Shown here piece by piece: positions 1 through 7,628 of a stretch of 34,556 bases of DNA. The first letter of the stretch is position 1, and each line of letters opens with the position of its first letter. The stretch is from Crocinitomicaceae bacterium (lineage in GTDB: Bacteria > Bacteroidota > Bacteroidia > Flavobacteriales_D > Crocinitomicaceae). Location of the stretch: positions 1 to 34,556 of the forward strand of contig JALQTG010000267.1 of the NCBI GenBank assembly GCA_023264075.1. Reading direction: 5' to 3'. The notes beneath the pieces were generated by a model. It was not told the DNA's origin. It ran no database searches and was given only the letters and a program-made list of their open reading frames with translations. The position numbers and the translations under genes were made by a program.

Positions 1-2
1 CT

Positions 3-116
3 TTTCATTCCAAGATCACACATACATTTGTCAACGGCAACCTCATCTACAAGAACGGAACATTTCAGGAAGGTCTTTTTGGAAAAGCTATTGAATTCGT
101 CAATAAACCACATTGA
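3..116 (+). CDS. 3' end of a dihydroorotase-like cyclic amidohydrolase (partial, runs off the window start)
   Basis: Frame 3 is open from the window edge to TGA at 114-116. The translation FHSKITHTFVNGNLIYKNGTFQEGLFGKAIEFVNKPH resembles the C-terminal THTFVNG region of Bacteroidota dihydroorotases. Only 37 aa are visible. The stop lies 3 nt before the next ATG. Confidence 0.4.
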   Translation, partial: FHSKITHTFVNGNLIYKNGTFQEGLFGKAIEFVNKPH

Positions 117-119
117 TCC

Positions 120-1079
120 ATGGTACTGATTTCAACGGATATTTCTAAAGCAATTGAACTGTTAACAGCAGGTGAATTAGTTGCTATTCCAACAGAAACT
201 GTATATGGTTTAGCCGGAAACATATACAATGAGCACGCAATTCGAAAAATCTTTGAAACGAAGCAGCGTCCATTGTTGAACCCGTTAATTGTGCATGTTC
301 ATTCCGTTCAACAACTCGAAAATTTGGTAGCCGAATTTCCCGAAAAAGCAAAACTACTTGCTGAGGCATTCTGGCCTGGACCGATGACCCTACTTTTGAA
401 AAAAAAGGCCATCGTTCCAGACCTCATTACGGCTGGAAAAGAAACAGTTGCAGTGCGTATTCCTAACCATCCTGTAGCCCTAAAACTACTCGAGTCAATT
501 CCTTTTCCGTTAGCCGCACCAAGCGCCAACCCATTCAATGGCATTAGTCCAACTAAGGCAGAACATGTAGCAGCCTATTTTCCTGACTCTCTTGCGTTAG
601 TTCTTGACGGAGGTCAGTGTACAAATGGTATCGAATCTACCATTATTGGATTTGACGAAGGGGAAGCCATTGTTTTCCGATTAGGGGGCATTTCATTGGA
701 AGAAATAAAATCTGTTATTGGCGAAGTATCAATTAAAAACAAAAATGAGACCGCTCCGAACGCACCTGGAATGCTCGCCAAACACTACGCCCCGAAAACC
801 AAATTGTTCTTAGTCGAAGATTTGGAACAAGCAGTTCACGCTCACAAAGGGAAAAAAATAGCACTGCTTCGTTTTACAGAAAACACCACAAGCATCCCAT
901 GCGAACATGAAGTGATTCTGTCTTCGAAAGGAGACTTAAAAGAAGCGGCAGCCAACTTATATTTAGCCCTCCACAATCTAGATGACTTATCTGTAGATCT
1001 TATTCTAGCAGAGAGACTCCCTGCGACGGGGCTTGGTAAATCGATCAATGACCGACTTGAGAGAGCGGCTAAAGAATAG
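120..1079 (+). CDS. tsaC: L-threonylcarbamoyladenylate synthase, long Sua5/YwlC type (t6A tRNA modification)
   Basis: 319-aa ORF with an ATG start. The N-terminal YrdC fold motifs are present (VAIPTETVYGLAGN, SANPFNGISPT), followed by a C-terminal Sua5-type domain. Confidence 0.85.
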   Translation: MVLISTDISKAIELLTAGELVAIPTETVYGLAGNIYNEHAIRKIFETKQRPLLNPLIVHVHSVQQLENLVAEFPEKAKLLAEAFWPGPMTLLLKKKAIVPDLITAGKETVAVRIPNHPVALKLLESIPFPLAAPSANPFNGISPTKAEHVAAYFPDSLALVLDGGQCTNGIESTIIGFDEGEAIVFRLGGISLEEIKSVIGEVSIKNKNETAPNAPGMLAKHYAPKTKLFLVEDLEQAVHAHKGKKIALLRFTENTTSIPCEHEVILSSKGDLKEAAANLYLALHNLDDLSVDLILAERLPATGLGKSINDRLERAAKE

Positions 1080-1148
1080 TAAAAAGAACACGTAAAACAC
1101 AATTAATATTAATAAATACATATTTTAAACCCACTAATCTTAAAAAAG

Positions 1149-1724
1149 ATGGAAACTAAAAACTATTCGAAAATTTACCGCATCATACATTGGTCGATAG
1201 CAATTACATTTATGCTATTGCTGCTCACCATTTTCTTGCGACTTACTTGGATGAATAAAAACAGTGTCGCTGATATCATGCAGGAGTACCTCACTGAAAA
1301 CGATGTCAATTTAGAACGTGACCAATTAGTCGTTCTGGCTAAAAAAATCAGACAACCGATGTGGATTTGGCACATTTACTTTGGATATGTGCTAACAGGG
1401 TTATTTCTCCTGCGATTTATGTTACCCATCTTCGGAGAGATGAAATTTCAAAACCCAGTTAAAAAAGGTCTTTCCCTTAAAGAAAGATTTCAAAAATGGA
1501 CTTATCTCTTGTTTTACGTGTTTGTTGCCGGTTCTCTTTTTACTGGCTTAATGATAAAATTTGGACCAGAGAGCTTGGAACACACCATGGAGGAAATTCA
1601 TGAGTTGAGCATTTATTATTTAACTGCCTTTTTAATTCTTCATTGGGGAGGTGTTCTGTTGGCCGAGTTAACAGATCAAAAAGGAATAGTTTCTCGCATC
1701 ATCAGTGGCGGAAAGGGTGAATAG
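1149..1724 (+). CDS. cytochrome b561 / Ni-Fe-hydrogenase b-type cytochrome family membrane protein
   Basis: 191 aa with four predicted TM helices. Conserved-looking His residues sit in or near them (YRIIHWSIA, IWHIYFGY, EIHELSIYY, LILHWGG), as in PF01292-type di-haem cytochromes. Confidence 0.6.
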   Translation: METKNYSKIYRIIHWSIAITFMLLLLTIFLRLTWMNKNSVADIMQEYLTENDVNLERDQLVVLAKKIRQPMWIWHIYFGYVLTGLFLLRFMLPIFGEMKFQNPVKKGLSLKERFQKWTYLLFYVFVAGSLFTGLMIKFGPESLEHTMEEIHELSIYYLTAFLILHWGGVLLAELTDQKGIVSRIISGGKGE

Positions 1725-1797
1725 CTCCTATCATGGAATAAAATAATTCATTTTTAACACGTTCGCAATATCACGATTGTTTGCGCAAATAATTAAT

Positions 1798-2171
1798 GTG
1801 AACTATTGTGGAAAAATAATCATCAGAGAAATTATTCTTGATGTACTTGCGGCTAAACTACTGGCGACGAGTTGTGAAACACCAGCTACAGAGACATTAT
1901 AAATATACCTGCAATAGAATACAGAAGTGGAAACAAATGCTTTTGGGGTAAAAGAACAAATAAACGCAGATTCGATGGTTTAGGTGAAAAAGGAAAGCCT
2001 AAAGATCAACTATACAAACTTTACTATTTTTACAACAACGAACCAATTCAAGAGTAAAAATCGAACTCATAAGTTGAATTCAACGAAAAATATAGCGAGA
2101 CAGAGGAGCTTCAAGCGGAGTTCAAGGGGTATTTAGAAATTTTCAACGGGAAAAATAAATGCATTTTTTAA
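1798..2171 (+). pseudogene. probable decayed small lipoprotein gene (one frameshift, two in-frame TAA codons)
   Basis: Frame 1 from GTG 1798 reads VNYCGKIIIREIILDVLAAKLLATSCETPATETL*, which is a signal peptide with an L-A-T-S-C lipobox and a stop at 1900. Frame 3 then continues NIPAIEYRSGNKCFWGKRTNKRRFDGLGEKGKPKDQLYKLYYFYNNEPIQE*KSNS*VEFNEKYSETEELQAEFKGYLEIFNGKNKCIF*. Its last stop at 2169-2171 directly abuts a plus-strand terminator. Confidence 0.35.
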
Positions 2172-2216
2172 GACCGCATCTTTAAAAGACTAAAGGACTG
2201 CTCCGGTCTTTTTTTT
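2170..2216 (+). terminator. rho-independent terminator (plus-strand orientation)
   Basis: Stem aagaccg (2170-2176) pairs with cggtctt (2204-2210), followed by a T run to 2216. On the minus strand the hairpin would be followed by A residues, so it is oriented for a plus-strand transcript. Confidence 0.5.
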
Positions 2217-2218
2217 GT

Positions 2219-3085
2219 CTAAACCTCAAACGCTTGCGCGTGAATAGGTTCCTCATCGATAAATACCTTCACTTCGTAAATTCCATTTTTCCACCCTTTC
2301 ACTGTTAAATTGAAAAAGAACGAATAATCACCCGATCTTGGAAGTTGCATTGCTTCACCAAGAGTAAATAATTTTGTCCCGTCCTCCTTATACACTGCCG
2401 CATTCATTTTGCCAGGACGTGTTACGTGATAATCGATGTCCCCAGAAACTTTCACCGGAGTGGCAGCTATTGTTCTGTCTGCGAGAATTTCTATGTTACA
2501 TTCCGTCGAATACCAAACGTTCGGTTGTCCAGTGAGCGTACTAATAAACTTTCTTAATTCTTTCACTTGGTCCTCGTTACCTTCTTCATAAATATGCGAA
2601 AGCGATTTGCGATCTGAAACTGCCCAAACAGCAGATTGCTTAACATCTGTTGAGAAATTTTTGCTTCTCATGTATTCTGCAAGCTTAATTAATTTTTGCT
2701 CCTCCGAATGAATGATTTTAAATCCTGACCCTATACTGGGGGATCGATCACTTGATTCAGAGCAGAAACCTTCTACCTTTATTCTCTTCGGAGATGAAGC
2801 AATCATTTCTTCTTGATCTTTCACCACAAAAATATTTTGGTCGCCCGCATCATCTGGGAGGAAATGAGTTCCTGCAGGAATCAACAAGTTAAATGGCTTT
2901 TTAGCTAGTGGAATAACTGTAACTTCTATGACCTCACCACTATGTCCACCCAGCGAAGTAGCTTCCACCCGAATCAATCCATTTTTTACAGCATTCACAA
3001 TTGATATGCGTTCCGTGTTTTCTGGTCGTGCGGCTAACATAAATAGCGCTATCACAAATAATCCCCCTCGTTTCATAAGCCACAT
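2219..3085 (-). CDS. secreted hypothetical protein with FCSE and KQSAVWAVSD motifs; family not recognised
   Basis: 288-aa ORF with ATG at 3085 or 3076 (MKRGGLFVIALFMLAA signal peptide). It lies 31 nt downstream of the GT9 gene on the same strand. The C-terminal roughly 90 aa look like a beta-sandwich (YEVKVFIDEEP). Confidence 0.7.
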   Translation of the reverse strand: MWLMKRGGLFVIALFMLAARPENTERISIVNAVKNGLIRVEATSLGGHSGEVIEVTVIPLAKKPFNLLIPAGTHFLPDDAGDQNIFVVKDQEEMIASSPKRIKVEGFCSESSDRSPSIGSGFKIIHSEEQKLIKLAEYMRSKNFSTDVKQSAVWAVSDRKSLSHIYEEGNEDQVKELRKFISTLTGQPNVWYSTECNIEILADRTIAATPVKVSGDIDYHVTRPGKMNAAVYKEDGTKLFTLGEAMQLPRSGDYSFFFNLTVKGWKNGIYEVKVFIDEEPIHAQAFEV

Positions 3086-3116
3086 ATTAAGATATAAGAC
3101 CTAACGAATGAGATGG

Positions 3117-4121
3117 TTACAAGGCCAAGAGCTTTTCAATCACTTCTTCTACTTCAATCAATGAAATATCTGTCTCTTTGGGTTCTTTCGTCTCGGCGAA
3201 CAAATTGGTCGTATTCTTTCCTAAAGCACCCCATCTTCCAGGGTGCATTGGTCGTTTATTGATATAAAGTCCTACAGCTCGTTTATTCAATGCAGCAGCG
3301 ATGTGTAATGGCCCTGTGCTGCAAGCGACCAAACCATCAACGTTATCTATAAATGCAATGAATTCACGTAAGGTAAATCGACCAGTTACATCAATAATAT
3401 CCTCATGCTTAGGAATCACTTCCTTAAAAGACTTCCCTTCTATTTCTGTCCCTGTAAAAAATACTTTATGACCTAATTCCACAAGTTGAAGCGCTAAGGA
3501 CACATAATTCTCAATCGGCCATTCAACAGCACTTCCTTGCGATTTTGGATGTAATAAAATTTTCTTTTTATTCGAAGCTAAAAGACTGTTTTGAGGCTCT
3601 TCTAACTTATGCCTTACTTGAAAGCGTCTCATTTTCTGTTTGACCACATGTAAAGAAGGTAACGATTCTAAACCAAACGGTTTTAGTAGTTCAAAATTCA
3701 GTTGCGCCTCATGTTCATCCGCTTTTTTACGTGTAAAATTAAGTCGAAGATTGCATGTTAATAAGTGGAAAGAACGGTGTGACGTTCCAACACGCGTTGT
3801 TATTTTTGCCTTCTTTACCAATTTTGCAATTTCCTTATGTGGAAAAACATGTATAAAAACATCCGCTTCCCAAGATGTCAATTCCACTACACGCGCCTGA
3901 ACCGGCATTAACTCTAATTCGTCATAACTGTGTATTTCATCCACCATTGGAAAGCATTCAATTATGGGCCGTGTGTAGTTACGACCTAAGAAAATAAGTT
4001 TGCAGGAAGGGAAATTCTCCTTGATCCAAGCGCACATTGGCAACGTTAACATAACATCACCTATACTATCCGTTCTGCTAATTACAACGGTTTTATCATT
4101 TAAATCAATTGTTTTGCTCAC
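3117..4121 (-). CDS. glycosyltransferase family 9 (LPS heptosyltransferase-like)
   Basis: 334 aa. The N-terminal VVISRTDSIGDVMLTLPM and the C-terminal GLVACSTGPLHIAAAL are typical GT9 signatures. The start is GTG at 4121; there is no upstream ATG that keeps the conserved N-terminus. It overlaps the GT2 gene by 17 nt. Confidence 0.8.
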   Translation of the reverse strand: MSKTIDLNDKTVVISRTDSIGDVMLTLPMCAWIKENFPSCKLIFLGRNYTRPIIECFPMVDEIHSYDELELMPVQARVVELTSWEADVFIHVFPHKEIAKLVKKAKITTRVGTSHRSFHLLTCNLRLNFTRKKADEHEAQLNFELLKPFGLESLPSLHVVKQKMRRFQVRHKLEEPQNSLLASNKKKILLHPKSQGSAVEWPIENYVSLALQLVELGHKVFFTGTEIEGKSFKEVIPKHEDIIDVTGRFTLREFIAFIDNVDGLVACSTGPLHIAAALNKRAVGLYINKRPMHPGRWGALGKNTTNLFAETKEPKETDISLIEVEEVIEKLLAL

Positions 4122-4866
4122 GATTCAATCGGATTAATTCTTTGTACTTTAATATATTTGACTGAGCAGATATGTAGGCGATTTTGAATCCCATTTTTCC
4201 GTCTAAAAACCCCAGTTTGATAACGTACATTGAAATAAACCTTCCCAATGCACTTAGGTATGGTTTCAAGGGACCAACGCGCTTGCCTTGGGCATGAAAC
4301 TTTTGGGCAGTGAGTACTGAATACTTATCCGCCCGCTCACGATGTTCTTTGAAGTTATAGTATGAGTAATGCAACAAGTGTCCTTCCAACAATTGCATTG
4401 AAGGATTTCCGGAAAAAGACAACTCTTCATGCACATAATTGCCTTCCCAAACCGACCCTTCTTTAGGAAATAGACGCGTTTTAATATCCGGATACCATCC
4501 TGAATGTTTAATCCATTTACCGCAATAGTTCGTCAATCGATTTACTGCATATACACCGGAAAACCCTGCTTCTTTAGCGCGCAAAACAGCCCTTATGAGC
4601 TCTTCATCTGGTGCTTCGTCAGCATCAATAGAAAAAATCCAAGGGTAACTTGCCAAACTATTGAGGTGATTTTTAGTCGCGGCGTATCCCTCCCAAGCAC
4701 GCTGTTCAAACCTCACTCCTTTCTCACGACAAATCTGTTCTGTTTTATCCGTTGAGAACGAATCTAAAACAATAATCTCATCTGCAACAGGCATCAATGC
4801 ATCAATACATCGGCCAATATTTCGCTCCTCATTTAATGTAATGATCGTTGCAGATAGTTTATGCAT
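4105..4866 (-). CDS. glycosyltransferase family 2 (KdtX/WaaE-like LPS core glycosyltransferase)
   Basis: 253 aa. Signatures are LSATIITLNEERNIGRCIDAL, VLDSFSTDKT and a DxD-like IDADE. The gene overlaps the downstream GT9 gene, which suggests an operon. Confidence 0.8.
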   Translation of the reverse strand: MHKLSATIITLNEERNIGRCIDALMPVADEIIVLDSFSTDKTEQICREKGVRFEQRAWEGYAATKNHLNSLASYPWIFSIDADEAPDEELIRAVLRAKEAGFSGVYAVNRLTNYCGKWIKHSGWYPDIKTRLFPKEGSVWEGNYVHEELSFSGNPSMQLLEGHLLHYSYYNFKEHRERADKYSVLTAQKFHAQGKRVGPLKPYLSALGRFISMYVIKLGFLDGKMGFKIAYISAQSNILKYKELIRLNREQNN

Positions 4867-4889
4867 TGTTTCATCGTGTATTGAGTGTA

Positions 4890-4897
4890 CAAAGATA
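4890..4897 (-). promoter_or_regulatory. candidate Bacteroidota -7 promoter box (TATCTTTG) for the GT2-GT9-orphan operon
   Basis: The minus-strand sequence TATCTTTG matches TAnnTTTG and lies 23 nt upstream of ATG 4866. It is just downstream of the terminator of the preceding gene. Confidence 0.35.
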
Positions 4898-4953
4898 ATA
4901 GGATTTACAACTGCGTAAAATTAAGAACCCATGACTCCTTCCCAAAAAGGAAT

Positions 4954-4981
4954 AAAAAAAGGCCCAAATTTAATTTGGACC
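4954..4981 (-). terminator. rho-independent terminator of the 148-aa lipoprotein gene
   Basis: The minus-strand RNA GGUCCAAAU-UAA-AUUUGGGCC forms a 9-bp stem with one G-U pair (4961-4981). It is followed by U7 (4954-4960). Confidence 0.7.
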
Positions 4982-5004
4982 TTCCTTGAATTAACCTTTA
5001 CTAC

Positions 5005-5451
5005 TTAATTACCTGGAGAAACAGAAAAACTTCCATCACCATTGAACTGATTTAATTTAATCGTAATTAACCAGTTTCCCTTTTTCCCTTCGGCACTTAT
5101 TCCTGCAAAAGTGTCATCACTTCCGCTAGGGCGAGTTTCATCGAGCACTACATCACCTTTAGCATCATTAATAATCATTTGAACAGTACCACCAGAGGTC
5201 GTCACATCAAAATTTACTTGAGCAGTAGTCTTTGAATTCTCCCAAACGAAAGAATATTCACCCGAATCTCCGTCTCCTGTAAAATCACCTGCTGGGTCCG
5301 CCCCAGTTGATGTTATGGACACCGTTCCCGTGTAGGAATTCTCTAACACCTCCATATTGTCGTGTTTTCTATATTTTCCACACGAGGTCGTTGCTCCTAA
5401 TAATACTACTGCTCCCAAAAATAAAGCAAATCCAGTTTTCAATTTTTTCAT
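5005..5451 (-). CDS. small lipoprotein, hypothetical
   Basis: 148 aa with signal peptide and lipobox MKKLKTGFALFLGAVVLLGATTSCGK. The mature part is Gly/Asp/Thr-rich and beta-rich. The gene is monocistronic with its own terminator. Confidence 0.7.
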   Translation of the reverse strand: MKKLKTGFALFLGAVVLLGATTSCGKYRKHDNMEVLENSYTGTVSITSTGADPAGDFTGDGDSGEYSFVWENSKTTAQVNFDVTTSGGTVQMIINDAKGDVVLDETRPSGSDDTFAGISAEGKKGNWLITIKLNQFNGDGSFSVSPGN

Positions 5452-5695
5452 GATTCTAAATTTTAAGTTCTTTACTATGATGATGAGTTCAATAAAATGG
5501 TTGGAAACGCGTTGGAAATTGCTTAAAAAATCTTTGACACTTAAAAATTAAGATATTCAGCTTTGGAAAACCAAGTGCGAATAGCTCAAGATAAGATGGG
5601 CAGGTTCACGACTTCTTTCGGCCATCCATAAAAACAAAGTTTTTTTCCGAATCAAATAAGTATGCGCAAAAAATGTCGTGGAGAAAGGAGTGTTT

Positions 5696-7084
5696 TTAAA
5701 ACTTGTATCGAACAGAAATGTATGCTCCGAGATCAATCGTCGTAGTGCGATCAAAAGATGATGGTGTGTTACCCGTACCTTTATTGAGATTTACCCACCC
5801 CTTGTCAAAACTAAGACCATAATCCAGTACAAAGTTCTTCAAAGCTGTTGTTCGCCCGACATGAAAAGATAATCCAGCATCAACTTGACCTATGTATTCT
5901 AATGTTTCAGTTGAGGACGATGAATTGCTCGACAAACCAGAGACAGTCGCGCTTTTCCGTGAAAGAAGACCTATATATGGCCCCACCTTAAGTGTGTAAA
6001 AGTTTCGTTGTTCTTCGAACCGCTTAAACTTCAATTGATACATTGTCTGAAATCTTATAAACTCGAAATTTATATCCTTCTTCTGATATTCCCCATTAGA
6101 GTATTGATTAGTCGATTGTCCAACCTTCAAGCGATTCAATGACCCCACCAAAGAATGTGATTTACTGAAATGATAAACACCTTGAACTCCTAAGTGACTC
6201 GATATGCTCGGGTTGAGGGAAATTAGACTCGATGGATCCAATGCTGCGCGAGTGGTGTTGTTGATAATCTCCGTTGTGGTGACTCCAACAAATAAGCCCG
6301 CCTCAAACAATTTGTTCTTAGTTGGCTTAAGTTCGATAATCGCACTTTCTTCTGGTGCAGTAAGAGAGATTTTTGATAGCGGAATTATAGGCAATTGTCT
6401 TGCATTGCTACAGTCGGAAAGTAAGTAGTCAGATGGATTGACAGATATTTCATTTCTCACGGTTAAAACGGCGCCATCATATTCGTAGTTCAAATTCTTA
6501 TCGCTATTCACTGCGTCAAGTGAACGCTTAGCTGGAATTCCGCTTTCACCAAGTCCCGTTTCTTTCCCAACAATTATTGAAGTACTTTTCCCAAACATTT
6601 CACCCCCTGCTGAATACATAGAAATGTTCGAGGAAGTTTGAAACTGAGGACGAAGACTCTGGTCAGAAATCGGATGCTCTTTTCGCTTCTTGCTCACCAG
6701 TTCAGCGTGTCTAGGTTTGTTGGTTTTCGATGCTGTATCATCAGAAATACCTCCTAAATCGACGCATTCTGGAGTGATTAAAAATATGAATATCGCGAAA
6801 GCAATTACTCTTTTGGCCCATTTCGCACCTGTTCTTCGACGCAAATAAACTGCTGTTCTCCTCCACCCCCTGTCAATAGTAAGCTCTTTTTCTATTCCCT
6901 CCCAAATGCCAAGTGGGGCAGCAACTTCAATATTGTCAAAACTATCCTTAATCTTTTGTTCGGCAGTGTCTTTTGAATTGACTAATGCACTATTAATTGA
7001 AGACCATAGACCATCAGGAGCCTTGAAAGATGTTCCCTCAAAACCCTCCTTGACAAGTTTCTCTATGTTTTTCTTTTCAGCCAT
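5696..7084 (-). CDS. anti-sigma-like membrane protein with a C-terminal outer-membrane beta-barrel domain
   Basis: 462 aa whose ATG overlaps the ECF sigma stop by 8 nt. The N-terminal roughly 90 aa are soluble and carry a duplicated AP(D/L)G(L/I)W motif. An Arg-rich segment and a TM helix follow (RRRTGAKWAKRVIAFAIFIFLITP), then an S/K/P-rich linker. The last roughly 200 aa show an alternating beta-strand pattern ending in ISVRYKF, the aromatic terminus typical of OMP barrels. Confidence 0.65.
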   Translation of the reverse strand: MAEKKNIEKLVKEGFEGTSFKAPDGLWSSINSALVNSKDTAEQKIKDSFDNIEVAAPLGIWEGIEKELTIDRGWRRTAVYLRRRTGAKWAKRVIAFAIFIFLITPECVDLGGISDDTASKTNKPRHAELVSKKRKEHPISDQSLRPQFQTSSNISMYSAGGEMFGKSTSIIVGKETGLGESGIPAKRSLDAVNSDKNLNYEYDGAVLTVRNEISVNPSDYLLSDCSNARQLPIIPLSKISLTAPEESAIIELKPTKNKLFEAGLFVGVTTTEIINNTTRAALDPSSLISLNPSISSHLGVQGVYHFSKSHSLVGSLNRLKVGQSTNQYSNGEYQKKDINFEFIRFQTMYQLKFKRFEEQRNFYTLKVGPYIGLLSRKSATVSGLSSNSSSSTETLEYIGQVDAGLSFHVGRTTALKNFVLDYGLSFDKGWVNLNKGTGNTPSSFDRTTTIDLGAYISVRYKF

Positions 7085-7628
7085 TAATCTCAGTTAACTT
7101 TTCCTTTAGCAAGGATTTTGCACGGTTCAATTGTGATTTTGAAGTTCCTTCAGAAATCTCGAGCATCGTTGCAATTTCACTATGTTTATAGCCTTCAATG
7201 GCGTACAATTTTAACACCATTGCGGCTTTCGCTGGAAGGTCGTTCACTAGACGCACAATTTCATGAGCATTAATGCGCTCAAGTATTCCATCTAATCGAA
7301 CCGGCTCGGAAGGTGTATCGGTTTGAGCTACTTCAACCTCACGTTTTCTTACTTTTTTTCTGTAATGCTCAATGCATTTATTCACTACTATTCGTCTGAC
7401 CCAACCTCCAAAAGGGGACTCAAATCTAAATGTATCCATTTTACGAAATACATGTATAAAACTCTCTTGGAGTATATCTGCAGCATCTTCCGAATCCTTT
7501 GCATATGTCATTACCACCCCATACATTTGATCCGCATATTTTCGATAGAGCGCCTCTTGATAATCACGTTTATCCTGCAGGCACCCTTTAATTAACTCCT
7601 CCTCTGATATGTGTTTTAGGTGATCCAT
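7077..7628 (-). CDS. RNA polymerase ECF-type sigma-70 factor
   Basis: 183 aa. Region 2 reads DAADILQESFIHVFRK..FGGWVRRIVVNKCIEHYRK. Region 4 carries the helix-turn-helix motif EGYKHSEIATMLEISEGTSKSQLNRAK. Confidence 0.9.
   Translation of the reverse strand: MDHLKHISEEELIKGCLQDKRDYQEALYRKYADQMYGVVMTYAKDSEDAADILQESFIHVFRKMDTFRFESPFGGWVRRIVVNKCIEHYRKKVRKREVEVAQTDTPSEPVRLDGILERINAHEIVRLVNDLPAKAAMVLKLYAIEGYKHSEIATMLEISEGTSKSQLNRAKSLLKEKLTEING

Noticed and set aside
5533-5560. A TTGACA hexamer followed by TAAGAT/GATATT on the plus strand, resembling a sigma-70 promoter.
   Set aside because: The spacing is only 10-12 nt. Bacteroidota housekeeping promoters use -33 TTG / -7 TAnnTTTG rather than the -35/-10 consensus, and no downstream plus-strand gene exists.
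5557-5754. 65-aa minus-strand ORF overlapping the 3' end of the anti-sigma-like gene.
   Set aside because: It overlaps a better-supported CDS by about 59 nt in another frame. The sequence is not protein-like, and the region more likely holds the terminator and promoter signals between two transcription units.
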